Positions 27,385 to 40,079 of a DNA stretch of 59,540 bases are shown here, in pieces. The stretch covers positions 1 to 59,540 of the forward strand of contig JBJCIZ010000523.1 of the NCBI GenBank assembly GCA_051294375.1, written 5' to 3'. A program made the position numbers and the translations under genes. Within the stretch, counting starts at the first letter, position 1; each line of letters starts with the position of its first letter. The notes under the pieces were generated by a model. That model was not told the origin of the DNA. It made no database searches and saw nothing but the letters and a program-made list of their open reading frames with translations. This stretch comes from Paraspadella gotoi. Taxonomy: Eukaryota > Animalia > Chaetognatha.

Positions 27385-29136
27385 GACAGCAGAGACAGAT
27401 TACGACTTAATCTGCTTCGCACCCTACTTATGATGCATTTTGTACTTTCACTGGTACTCGGAGTGTCAACCGCCCACAAGAAGCAAAAGGTTAAGGAAAA
27501 GAAGAAATATTGACAAAAGTCATGAAAATGCTTACTAAAAACTGTAGTAGCGTTAATGTTAATAGCCTTGGTTACACTTACAAATATACATATGATCTTT
27601 CACAATAGTATTCATAATCAACAGAAAAAGAGCAATATTTCTAGACCATATTATTAAATAATTTTTTATCTGGGAATAGTACAAAATATGCAAATCGAAT
27701 TATGATACTAGAATTACAAAAGAATTTTGTCTTTTTATCTATATTTGAACTTGTTTGTTGTAGTAGACCATCATCATCACAGCAAAAGATTTTCAAAAAG
27801 ATTTTTTCAAAAAGCAATCTTTTGCCTATATGCATGATAAATTGAGCTGCTTAATATCAAGAATAATATGTTTAATTAAGTTTTAATTATTGAAAAAGAT
27901 AGAATAATTCAATTTTCGAAAAAACATTTTTGTGTTCAGAATTTTAGATCTAGACCAAAATTTTGAATTTTTGAAAAATATCAGATTCAAGGCATTCGGT
28001 TTTGGAACAATATGATGTTTTTCGTTTTTTGATATTTTTTTTATGCAAAACTAAAATTCTGAATGACCATTGGTCAAGTCGTATATTTTTTCCAAATCTT
28101 TAAAGAAGTAAAGCTTTGCTCAAATTGAGAATATTAGATGTTTTTAAAAAAATGATAAAAGCTTAAAATAAAATTTAAAAAATATATGTTTGTATTTGTA
28201 TTTATTTAAAATTGTAATATGATAAACTTGCAGTGGGTCAAGCTTTTTGTTTCTAGTTAAAAATAATGAAAAAATGATTCTTTTTTTTTACAGAAAAAGG
28301 TAGACAACAAACTGTTTATAATTAAACTGAAAATAAGTTTTAATTTATAATTTTACATATTTAAAATAACATTTTATTGACGCTACTATATGTATTTTTT
28401 CTTTATTTTTACTTTAACTAAAAAAATACATGCAAATTTATGGAGTAAAGAACTTTATTGGTAATCAAAATGTAATTCAGTCTTTCCTTTTCCAAATTCG
28501 AAAGAAAAACAAAAACATTCATATGCCTTCATTAAAATTTTTAACTCCGAAAAACTGTTATACTTTTAACTAGGTTTTAAACAAATCCTGTCTTAACATA
28601 TTTGGATAAAATTTATAGAAACTAGTTCAAAAAGGTGCCGTATGATTTAGGGCTTTAATTTGATACCTCGCCAACCATCCTATCTCTTTTCTTTCAAACG
28701 TTATGCAAAAAATAATTTTTTTATAATCGGAGAACTAAGGATTTGAATTACGCAGTACAAATCTTTGTTAAATAAAAATTTCGGCAAAGCGGGAGTATCT
28801 CAATTTATCCTATTTGTATTATACCTAAATTTTAAAAAAAACTAAAGAAAATTTTTTTATCATCTAGAGACATATCAATTTCAGTTGTACCCATCATCTT
28901 ACTCGTTTATGGCTTATGGTTTAAGAATTCAGAGAAACCAAGTATCTAGTCCAAATTTCAACTTTTACACTGTATTTTACTGTATAATTCTGGGCCGAAT
29001 CATATTTTGCATGTATTTGTCCAGCATAACTGTGAGAAGGGATGGCTTGTTAGTACAAATAGTCAGACAAAGTAAATTCAATGACCGATAATTTTTTTCG
29101 TGCACATGAAATTAAAGCGTGATCTGTCTCTGCGTC
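27385..29136. mobile_element. Kolobok-like element, block B copy (third, partial copy at 21857-22804)
   Basis: Same TIRs and TTAA flanks as 5598-7395. Confidence 0.82.
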
Positions 29137-29779
29137 TTAAATGGAAAAAAACAAAAAACCTGTTTCACTAATTGTTTATGCTTTTTTTTCTTTTTATATT
29201 AAATGTAAATGCAAGATGTATTAATTAATCAAATAATTAATCAGTTAAATAATCAATTAATTAATTAATAAATAATTAATTAATCAGTCCAATAATCAAT
29301 TAATTAATTATTAAATCAATTATTTATCTAATAATTAATTATTTAACTAATCAATCAATCAAGTCAATCATTATCGGCATTATTGTCGTCGTCACCATCA
29401 TCGTCGTCGTTGCTTTTGTCGTGGTAAGTGACGAAAAAGACCTAAAAACAAACATTTCGGATTAAATTAATTATTTATTTATTAATTACCGCTAATGATC
29501 GTGCGAGTAGAAATGAGTTTAAATGGAAAAAACAAAAGTCATATTTACTTGAAGCATTTTTACTTATATTTACTCATAATTATTATTGATTAAAAATTGG
29601 ATAGATAAATTGAAATGAAATTTTGTGTGTTGGTAGGAAACTATGATATTAAGCTGGATATAAGTTTTTGATGGAATCGTCGGAGTGGAAAAGAGTTTAA
29701 AACAGAACCAAGAGACACATTTATGTCAATTATAAAAGTTTCTCTTTATCTCTCTCTGATTGATTGATTGATAGATTGA

Positions 29780-31018
29780 TTGACCAAATTATGCCAGTTG
29801 ACCAAATTTTGCAGTTGAGAAAATTATTTCAGTTGACCAAAATATGCCAGTTGACAAAATTACGACAATTTACCGAATTATGCAAGTTGACCAAATTATG
29901 CCAGTTGACCAAATGATGCCAGTTGACCAAATTATGCCAGTTGATCAAATTATGCCAGTTGACCACATTTTGCAAGTTGACCAAATTATACAAGTTGAAA
30001 AAATTATGCCAGTTGACCAATAAGGCGTAGTAAAATTTCTAAATTTAACTTTAATTAAAAAGTGAGGAACAAACAAATTATACTAATGAACATTTATGTA
30101 ATAAAAAATTTATAATAAATTTTACAATTTACGCCGTAGGCCATATTTATACTAGTACTAAATCAATAAATGTTAAAATTTCAAAACAGTTTTTTTCTAA
30201 GATTTTTTTGCAGATTTGGATTCGTCATAAAAAGTTGATAAAAAGAAATATAACTCTTTTTGAAAAATTCTTTTATTTGGTTGGTCAAAAATTAGAAAAA
30301 GATATATTTTAAGCTGAAAATTAACTTTTTATTATTAAATATAGTTTTTTAAATTTTTAACCCACTTAATAAAATATTTTTTAAAAATGATTTATATTTT
30401 CTTTTATCAACTTTTGACGAGGATTCAATGCCATCAAAATCAAGAAAAGCCTATTTTGAAATTTTTCGATTTTATAAGGATAGTACTATATATAAATATA
30501 GCCTACTGCAAAAATTAAAAAACAAAATTTTTTTTTACAAATTAATGTTCACTAATGGTATGTTGTTCATGATTGACTTTTNNNNNNNNNNNNNNNNNNN
30601 NNNNNNAGAATTTTTGTATGTAACTTTCACTACGCCTTATTGACCAAATTATGCCATTTGACCAAATTATGCCTGTTGACCATATTATATCAGTTGACCA
30701 AATTATGTCAGTTGACCAAATTATGCCAGTTGACCAAATAATGCAAGTTGATTAAATTATGCAAGTTGACCAAATTATGCCAGTTGACCTAATTATATCA
30801 GTTGACCAAATTAAGAATGTTAACCAAATTATGCCCGTTGACCAATTCATGCCAGTTGACCAAATTACATCACTTGACCATATTATACCAATTGACCAAA
30901 TTATGCCTGTTGACCAAATTATGCCAGATGACCAAATTATGTCAATTGACCAAATTATGCCAGTTGATTTAATTATGCAAGTTGATTAAATTATGAAATT
31001 TGACCAAATTATACAAGT
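29780..31018 (+). repeat. 18-bp minisatellite (GTTGACCAAATTATGCCA)n, interrupted by a MITE
   Basis: Tandem units seen directly. Noisy duplicate at ~8065-9420. Confidence 0.95.
30021..30639. mobile_element. hAT-type MITE, family A, copy 3, inserted in the 18-bp array
   Basis: TAAGGCGTAG...CTACGCCTTA with perfect TSD TTGACCAA (30013-30020, 30640-30647). Noisy duplicate at ~8310-8898. Confidence 0.93.
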
Positions 31019-32211
31019 TAGTATTGGCACAGCTACTGGTAATGATTGATAGATCAATTGATTTATAGATTTTTTCATAGATTTATTAAGAAGTCTGTTA
31101 TGATTTGTTAAAATCACAAATGGAGACTCAGAAAAATTACCATGATTTATCATCGGATTAGCTTATTACCGCTTAATTATCGTAGGCAGATCCGACATTG
31201 TTTGCTCGAACTTGTTTTCCTCCGCCGAATATCCGAATATCCCGCGAGTGTCGACTACGATTCTCGGTCGGCCAGATCCCCTACGCCTTTGCATGTATCA
31301 GCCTTTTTTGCTTTAACTGGCGAATTCCTAATGATGCGCATAGATCTTGGAAGGAGATGGTGGAGAGGAAGAAGGGGAGAAGAGAGGAGGGGCGGAGCAA
31401 GATATATTGCATAGAATCGGGAAGGGGTTTTTGCAGAAGGTGAAAAAAAAATCGGAAAACGGTTTAAAACACCCGAATCATGGGAAAAGGAACTCGTTAA
31501 TTCCAGTCATTACTTCCCCTCATTTCGCGAGTTTTTCGCCATTTTGATTTGAGGGGTTAAAGCTGCGAACTAGTGACGCGTTACTTTGAATAAAATTTGT
31601 TTAAAACGTTTACGTTTCACGTTTTAGTAACAAGTAATTTTCTTATTTTATCCACTCGTCACTCGCATAACTTCTTTACCTTCTTTTTTTTTACTTTCGA
31701 CTTCTTTATTTTCACATTTTCACAATTTCTTCCCGTTCTCTTAATTTTCTCGCAATTTTTTCTACGTTCCTTAATTTCCATTTTTCCCCCTTTTTTCTCT
31801 CAATTTCTTAATTTTATTTTTTCCCTTCGAATTAATTTTAAACTTTTCCTTAATTTTTTCCTCCGGTCGCTTTAACTCATTGTGTTATTTTCGACAAATT
31901 TGTCAAATTTTCTTCTTTGCTCCACTTCACACCAAATTTTCCTTCCCACCAAATCTTCATACCGCATTCTCCCACCTAAGTCTTTGCCCTTTACCCTTTC
32001 AATATCGCCATTCGCCAGGAAAGCCGGCCGAGTAATTCTTCTTTCGAATCTTGATTTCCGGCCTCTTTTGTCGACGTCCGTTGATTTCAATGAAAAGTCA
32101 GTCATTTAGTAAACACCGGCGAGACGAAGACGACGACAATGACAAAGACGACCACGAAAATGATAACTAGAAATGACATCGACGAGAAACAATGACTTTT
32201 ACAGTATGTTA

Positions 32212-32272
<61 letters not shown>

Positions 32273-34348
32273 ACTTTTTCAATGTAAAAACGTTAAACTT
32301 CGGCAAACAACTTTTTCAATATAAAAAGAGATGAAAAGGTTAAAAACTCCGGCAAAGGACTTTTTTAATGTAAAAAAAGATAAAAATGTTAAAAACACAA
32401 GCAAACGACTTTTCCTTTGTAAAAAAAATGTTAAAAACACCGACAAACTACTTTTTCAATTTAAAAAAGATAAAAACGTTAAAAACTCCGGCAAACGACT
32501 TTTTTAATGTCAAAAGAGATCAAAACGTTAAAAACACCAGCAAACGACTTTTCCTTTGTAAAAATAAAAAAACGTTAAAAACACCGACAAACGACTTTTC
32601 CAATGTAAAAAGAACTAAAAACGTTAAATACACCATCAGACGACTATTCATATTTAAAAAGAGATTAAAACATTAAAAAACACCAGCAAACGACTTTTAA
32701 AATATAAAAAGAGAAAAAACTTTTAAAAAACCGGCAAACAATTTTATCTATGTAAAAAGATCTAAAAACGTTAAAAATACCGGAAAACGATTTTTCCTTT
32801 GTAAAAACTTCGGCAACAACTTTTTCAATATAAAAAAAGATGTAAAGGTTAAAAACTCTGGAAAACGACCCAATTAATGTAAAAAGAGATCAAAACTTTA
32901 AAAACACCTACAAAAACCTTAAATACACCGGCAGACGATTTTTCCTATATAAAAAGGGATAAAAACTTTTAAAAAACCGGGAAACAACTTTACCTATGTA
33001 AAAAAATCTAAAAACGTTAAAAACACCGGAAAACGACTTTTCCTTTGTAAAAAGAGATGAAAATGTTAAACAAAAAGTAAAACGACTTTTCCAATGTAAA
33101 AACAGATAAAACCGTTTAAAACTTCGGCAAACAACTTTTCCAATATAAAAAGAGATGAAAAGGTTAAAAACACCGGCAAACGACTTTTCCTATGTAAAAA
33201 GACGACGACGACGAATATAATAACGAAGACGACGACGAAGTCTTTGTACTTTGTCACCGCATCAAAAGGTTAAAAACAAGGGAAAACGACTTTTCCAATG
33301 TAAAAACAGATAAAAACGTTAAAAACTTCGGCAAACCACTTTTCCAAAAAAAAAAAAGAGATGAAAAGGTTAAAAACAACGGCAAACGACTTTTTTAATG
33401 TAAATAGATATAAAAACGTTAAGAACACCGGAAAACGACTTTTCTTTTGTACATGGTGTTCACTAGCGCCGGTAAAAAAACGCTGTCATTTGCAAACTAG
33501 TTGTTATTTCATTGATTTTAAAAAATTAGTTGAGTAGAAACTATTAAAGTCATTTATGTGTTCAAATTTTATATTGATCAGTTAAGATATGCCTTGACAA
33601 TGAGTGGAGAAAGTTGGCTTTTAATTTTAAAATCAGGTTTCATTTTCCAACTCGCTGTTTTTAAATTCTTTTTTTTTCAACTTTTAGCACCTTTTTATAC
33701 AAAGTATTTATTAAGATATTAACAATATTAATATCCTCAGAAAGCCCTGAAAAAAATGAAGAGAATGATATACTTACGAAAGCTCTAACATAAAAATTAA
33801 TCTGCCCAGCCTTGGTTCAATTAAGAGAGTCAAAAGTTAATTATCTAAAATTTTAAATCTTTTTTAAAATATATGACCTGTTTAAATTGTTATAACATAA
33901 AATATTATTACTTATATAAGTATCATGAAAGAGCCTGAAAAAAAGAGATTTAAGATAGCTAATCACAATTTGATAAAAATCCTAAATTTACCCTCGAGCT
34001 ATTGATTTTTGGAAAGATGTTTTGTTTTTGAGTATCCTAATTAAATTAAAGCTGGGACGGTTAAATTTTATACTACAGTATTTGTAAGTATGTCATTCTC
34101 TTTAGATTTGAAAGGGCTTTCAGAAGATAATAATATTAATATTATTTTATTTCAAATTTCTTCAGAAAACTTACTAAAAGTAAGAGAAAAAAATTGAATC
34201 TAAAAAAGTGAGTTGGAAAATAAAACCCGATTTTACAAGCCAACTTTCTCCACTCATTGTCAAGGCATATCTTAACTGATCAATATAAAATTTGAACACA
34301 TAAATGACTTTAATAGGTTTTACTCAACTAATTTTTAAAATCAATGAA

Positions 34349-34554
34349 GCGATAAACCTTTCGTTTTCGTTGTTATTAGGATATAGAGAAATGCAAAGTT
34401 TTTGAATGTGGTACAACGAATTTATTTGGAAATACGGACATGTTGCGGCTCACAATTCATCAGCTGATGAAGGCTCGAATTTGTGAGCCGCAACATGTCC
34501 GTATTTCCAAATAAATTCGTTGTACCACATTCAAAAACTTTGCATTTCTCTATA
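34349..34554. mobile_element. Short insert with a perfect 74-bp inverted repeat; putative Penelope-like inverted pLTR remnant
   Basis: 34382-34455 is the exact reverse complement of 34481-34554. Flanked by the 12-bp direct repeat AAAATCAATGAA (34337-34348, 34555-34566) and absent from the opposite arm of the host element. The family assignment is inference. Confidence 0.6.
34464..34499 (+). ncRNA. Minimal hammerhead-ribozyme-like motif (degenerate)
   Basis: CTGATGA-A-GGCTC-(8 nt)-GAGCC-GCAA-CATG-TC, followed by AATAAA at 34510. It has GCAA instead of GAAA, and helix I is not well formed. Confidence 0.4.
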
Positions 34555-37329
34555 AAAATCAATGAAATAATCACTGGTTTGAAAATGACAGCGTATTTCT
34601 ACCGGCACTTGTAAAATTGTCACCATGTAGAAAGTGATAAAAACATTAAAAACACCGGGAAACGACTTTTTCATTGTAAAATAAGATGAAAATGTTAAAA
34701 ACTCCGGAAAACGACTTTTCCAATGTAAAAACGTTAAAACACTGGTAAACGACTTTTCCAATTTAACAAAAGATAAAAACGTTGAAAACACCGACCAACA
34801 AATTTTTCAATGTAAAAAAAAAAAAACGTCAAAAACTTTGGCAAACGACTTTTCCAATATAAAAAGAAATAAAAACGTTGAAAACGCCGTCAAACGACTC
34901 TTTCTATGTAAAAAGAGATAAAAACATTAAAAACACCGGTTATCAACTTTTCCGATGTAAAGAGAGATAAAAACGTTAAAATCACCGACAATCGACTTTT
35001 TCATTTTAAAAAAGGATAAAAAAAAAGTTAAAAACACCAGCAAACGACTTTTTATTTGTAAAAAGAAATAAAAACGTTAAAAACACCGATAAACAACTTT
35101 TCCAATGTAAAAAGTGATAAAAAGTTAAATATACCGGCAGAGGACTTTTCCTTTGTAAAAGGAATTAAAAACGTTAAATACACCGGTAAACCACTTTTCC
35201 AATGTTAATAAATTTTCGGGGAATACAACGATACTGAAGGTTAACGGTGAAGGCGCTGTAGCAGGACGTCGAGCACCCTACAAGAAGATACATATCCTAG
35301 TGGTCGCCGACGCACGCTTCAGATTCGCGACGGTCCTTGTGCACTACCAGAGCGGTTAGGGATGGCCCGATTTCGTATAAACGGTCAGAAGGAGTACAAC
35401 CAAATTTTTTAAAATATTTCCCTTGTTTCTATGTAAAAAGACTAAAACGTTGAAAACACACCGCAAAAACGCACTTCTCTTCTCCGTTTTCCTTTTCCTA
35501 TGTAAAAAGAGATGAAAAACACGTATTAAAAACACCGAAAAAGCAGAAGAACAGTTATTGTTTTCAATGTAAAAAAGATAAACACGTAGAAAACACCGGT
35601 AAACAATATTGTTCAATGTACAGGCTACAATAGTTATAGAAAGGAATGGAATATCTATTTATTAAAAACCGGAGTTGCGATAGCCCACATCATCAAGGTT
35701 GTTAAAATTGGGTGAGGACAGTCTATTAATTTTATTTATGTCTCCTTTCTCTCTCTCTTTTCTCTTTAATATTATATAGCTTAGTCCTCTCACTCTCAAT
35801 AGTTAAAAAACGTTAAATACACCAGAAAACGACTTTTTTCTTGTAAAAAGATATGAACTTTAAAAATAACGATAAGACGATTTTTTTCCAATGTAAAAAA
35901 AAATAAAAACTTAAAAAAAAAGGGCAAACGTTTTTTCCAATGTAAAAAGAGTTAAAAAACATACCGATAAAACGGACTTTATCTAAAGTAAAAAGTAATA
36001 AAAAGTAAGGATGTAGAGTAATACAGAGAAACGAATGTCAATAAGTGAGTTCCGGAGCCATCCGTAATGGCCGAGGCAAGGACGATAGTTCAAAAGTAAC
36101 ACCTTTAAAAAAACAAAGGAAAACGCTTGCTTTTTCTCCAATCGAGCTTCTAGAGACCCAAGAGCTAAAAGCAATATATATCTAAAGATACGTGTTTCAG
36201 CTCCTCTAGCACTAGGGAACTCTCACTCTCTCAATGCGAGAGCAAGAGCACATGTACTCTCGATCAGTTCGAGCATCATCGGGTTTGATCGAGCACGGTG
36301 TACGTAGAGAATCTGGAGGGACGACAGCTGAGCACATATGTGCATGGTGGAATGTTATCGTTTCTAATAGGTTTGCGTGTGTGTAGTACCAGGGGAAGAT
36401 GCGAGACGTGCATCTATGTAATCGAAACGTTCATAGTGCTATATGAGGTTGGTTGCAGATGATCATCTGCATGTGGAGAAAGGTTCGCTATCTCCGGCTG
36501 TCATATATTGCGATTGTATTACTGGGCCAATTACCGTACGACGGATTCATTGATAGTCCGTTCTCTTCACCTCAGTTTCCATTCCTTGTTAATTAAGTTA
36601 AGCATGTGGCTTTCTCTTACAGAGCCCTACTCATTTGGAGATAAAAACGGTAAAGTAACATAGGTGAGATTGGTTGCGCACCGACGCATTACAGACATGC
36701 GATTCGTGTACTTTGTAATCAATTAGTAAGAGATAGAAATAAGCAAACCAGTTGAAAAACTGTGGCATAAACGATTTCCCAGCGACAATTGACCCATTTA
36801 AGTGCGGACGCTCTGATAGCTTATCTAATGGCAGATCGACTCTATTATCACTTGATAGTGTCGGTCCGTTCGGTCCGCCCCACTCATCACGTGGATAATT
36901 GTCGGACTCGGATCACATAGCCAGCGGGACAGGATTTTCAGGTGTACGGTCATACGAACGCCAGGCTGAGATGCGTACATGCTACAGTGTGACGGCATAC
37001 GCATATGCGTGACGCAGCTCAGTGAGAGGTGCCCAGAGGTTCGTGGGTATACTGGCCGATCATCTTATGATTAATTATGAGGCAGGGCAAAAACACGATG
37101 TCCGTCGTATTTAATATTAAGCTTGTGGAATTCCGTTCTGCCTGTTCCGTCGTTCCTCGTCCGTCCGTCGTCCGCTGCCCGACGTCGCAGGTTGATGAAA
37201 GTTAATGAAACTCCAGATTACTATAGAGGGTGGAATTAGGGCACGATGGATGCGCGATTAGTATCGGTTGAAGCTGATGGGCTAGATTTGCCAGATCTCG
37301 ACAAGCTAAGAACTCCGTGTTGTCGTGGT

Positions 37330-38870
37330 GTGAGATGGGGTAGGAACTGTGTGATTGAGATGGATATGAAGTTTCGAGGGAATCGTGCGAGTGGAATTGG
37401 TTTAAATGGAAAAAAATATATATATTTCACTATATTTAGAACGCCAATTGCTCATGAGTGGATAGGGCAATTGACTTTAAATTTTGTATGATGGTAGGAA
37501 AGTGTGTGATTGAGCTGGATATAAAGTTTCGATGGAATCGTGCGAGTGGAAATGAGTTAAAATGGAAAAAACAAAAGTCATATTTACTTGAAGTATTTTT
37601 ACTTAAATTTACTCATAATTATTATGTTTATTAAAAATTGGATAGATAAATCGAAATTGAATTTTGTGTGTGGGTAGGAAAGTATGTGATAAAGCTGGAT
37701 ATAAATTTTTTGATGGAATCGTAGGAGTGGAAAAGAGTTCAAATTAGAAAACCAAAAAGACACATTTATTTGATTTTTTTAAAGTTTCTCTCTCTCTATC
37801 TCTCTCTGATTGATTGAATGCTTGATTGATTGATTGATTGATTGTTGATGACCAAATTATGCCAATTGAACAAAATATGCCAGTTGACCAAATTCTTAAA
37901 GTTGACCAAATTATGCCAGTTGACCAAATTCTGCAAGTTGATCAAGTTCTGCAAGTTGACCAAATTATGCCTGTTGACCAAATTATGCCAGTTGACCAAA
38001 TTAGGCCAGTTGATAAAATTATGCCAGTTGACCAAATTATGCCGGTTGACCAAATTATCTTAATTGATCAAATTATGTCAGTTGACCAAATTATGTCAGT
38101 AGACCAAATTATGTCAGTTACCAATTTATGTCAGTTGACCAATTATGCAAGTTGATTAAATTATGCAAGTTGACCAGTTAGCTTATTACCACTTAATTAT
38201 CGATTGACCTGGAATTTTGTATGTGAGTAGAAAAGTGTGTGATTGAACCCGAAACCAGTTTCGATGGATTATGATTATGATTCTTTTTCCTTTTATATTA
38301 AATGTATATGCAGGATGTATTAATAAATCAAATAATTAATCAGTTAATTAATCAATTAGTCATTAATTAATCAATAATTAATTAATCAGTCAATCAATCC
38401 GTCCATCCGTCCCACCTTAGTAAAAAGCTCCAATAACTCGTGATTGGCTGGTTGGATTTGAATGAAATTTTGTGTGTGGGTAAGAAAGCTGGATATAAAG
38501 TTTCGACGGAATCGTGTGAGTGGAAATGAGTTTAAGTGGAAAATAAAGTCGCATTTACTAAAATATTTTACTTATTTCAACTAATAAGACTCTAATTAAT
38601 CATAATTGGATGGATGATTGAGTTCAAATTTTTTTGTGTGGGTAGTAAAATGTGTAACGACGCTTGATATAAAGTTTCGGTGGAAACGTACAAGTGGAAA
38701 TGAGTTTAAATGAAAAAAATATGAGTCACTTTACTTGAATATTTTTACTTATTTTAACCCATAATAGATTGAGATGAAATTTTGTGAGCGGGTAGAAAAG
38801 TGTGTGAAGAAGCTAGATATAAAGTTTTGACGGAATTGGTGCCAGTGGAAATGAGTTTAAATGTAAAAAC
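37330..38870 (+). repeat. Diverged ~160-180-bp tandem units inside the HINE body
   Basis: Recurrent AATTTTGTGTGTGGGTAGGAAAG...AAAGTTTCGATGGAATCGT...GTGGAAATGAGTTTAAATGGAAAAA near 37480, 37660, 38465, 38630 and 38780. Confidence 0.85.
37848..38176 (+). repeat. 18-bp minisatellite, second array
   Basis: About 18 tandem units. Duplicate at ~16800-17128 and reverse-strand paralog at ~51190-51560. Confidence 0.95.
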
Positions 38871-38876
38871 ATAAGT

Positions 38877-39106
38877 GTAGTGGTAGTATTTCATACCCCA
38901 CTACTCGTCGAGAATCAGCAGCACCTATGGCGCCGGAGGTAGCACGAGCTCCTCCCAACCCAAAGAACTCTGTTTCGCGCCCTCTGATTCACACAAGTAA
39001 AAGCGGGACGGGGCGTCTAACCCACCTGTAGTGTGGACTACAGCCCGATCCGAAGTTCGGGACCTTGTGTGAAACGGACGTAAACTGCTCGCGGCATCGT
39101 CTTTCC
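38877..39106 (-). mobile_element. ~230-bp GC-rich SINE-like insertion (copies at 17841-18066 on - and 44702-44929 on +)
   Basis: TSD ACATAAGT (38869-38876; other side intact as ACTTATGT at 44694-44701 in the inverted copy). An empty site lies at 50410-50417. No TIR. It starts with GG, has a tRNA-like TTCACACAAGGTCCCGAACTTCG(G)ATCGGG segment and a TACTACCAC-type tail. Confidence 0.55.
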
Positions 39107-39543
39107 ACTAAGTCAATTTTGATCTTTATTATTTATGATTACTAATAAACGTTTTAATTAAATAATTAATTTATTAATTAACTAATTAATTAATTAATTA
39201 TTTAATTAATTAATTAATGTAAAAAAATGATACAATTTAAAAAAATTATGCAAGTTGAAAAAATGATGCAAGTTAAAAAATCTTAAAAGCAATAGGGATC
39301 GAGCCATTAATATAAAAAATGCGATGATAACCAAATATTAACGCGATGATAACCAATAATTGATGAGATGATATCAAAATGACTGATGTGATGATAATCA
39401 AATGATTGAATGATTGAATGATTGAATGATTGAATGAATGAGAGAAAGAGAGAGAGGGAAACGGAGGGAGACGGAGGGAGAGAGAGAGAGAGCCTGAACT
39501 CGTTTTTAAACGATTCAGAAAAGGCAGCGCCTGATCAAATATA

Positions 39544-39570
39544 TAGGGTTAGGGTTAGGGTTAGGGTTAG
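39544..39570 (+). repeat. Interstitial telomeric-type repeat, ~4.5 x TTAGGG (also 18531-18557; reverse at 44246-44272)
   Basis: TAGGGTTAGGGTTAGGGTTAGGGTTAG seen directly. Confidence 0.9.
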
Positions 39571-39877
39571 AAAGAAAAAAATAATCAGACTTTTTCAAAA
39601 AACGAACGATCACGCATGAGATCGTACAGAGAGTGACAGACGCACACAGAGATAGATTGAGAGAGACTGAGAGAGACTGAGAGAGACCCTGAACTCGTTT
39701 GAAATTAAAAAGAAAAACCGAATTTCTTTCCAATTATATATATATTATATTTATACACGTAACGTTTCCGTTGCCATCAAAACGCGTTTTTAGGTCATGT
39801 TCCTTGACATTGTTTATTTGTTGCTCTGCAACGGCCACGAAATCCAGGTCAAGTAAGTTATTCTTCACATTTTCTCA

Positions 39878-40030
39878 AAAAAATCCACGAAAATCTGAGA
39901 TATAAATTTGGAATTTTGTATTGAAAAAAAAGCGCGGAATAAATGGCGATAATAAAAGTTTTTAGAAGGAAAAAAATAATCAGAATTTTTCAAAAAACGA
40001 ACGATCACGCAAGAGATCGTAAAGAGAGAA

Positions 40031-40079
<49 letters not shown>

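Larger units (their letters stand above)
27008..31218 (+). mobile_element. HINE/DINE-1-like element, copy in block B
   Basis: GTCGGATCTGC at 27016-27026 is the exact reverse complement of GCAGATCCGAC at 31186-31196. It also has a 5' hairpin, (TCTG)n, internal tandem repeats and a CTTG|TTTT end. Confidence 0.78.
33452..34627. mobile_element. Tc1/mariner-like non-autonomous fold-back element
   Basis: TA|CATGGTG ... CACCATG|TA inserted at the TGTA of a satellite unit. Long internal inverted arms (33505-33655 vs 34208-34348; 33465-33500 vs 34572-34610). Noisy duplicate at 12000-13394. Confidence 0.82.
32271..35990 (+). repeat. 49-bp satellite array, interrupted by a mariner-like element
   Basis: Consensus AAAAAGAGATAAAAACGTTAAAAACACCGGCAAACGACTTTTCCAATGT. 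Noisy duplicate at ~10770-14890. Confidence 0.95.

Noticed and set aside
37796-38155. ORFs with VDQIMP / NLVNWH / LTKLCQ hexapeptide repeats (also 30759-30989, 16859-17089, 29829-30020)
   Set aside because: Translations of the 18-bp minisatellite, open in several frames on both strands, located inside a transposon and interrupted by a MITE.
39016-39026. CTAACCC in the GC-rich insert as a telomerase RNA template
   Set aside because: Only 7 nt match, shorter than the usual ~1.5 repeats, and the insert has a TSD like a retroposed element.
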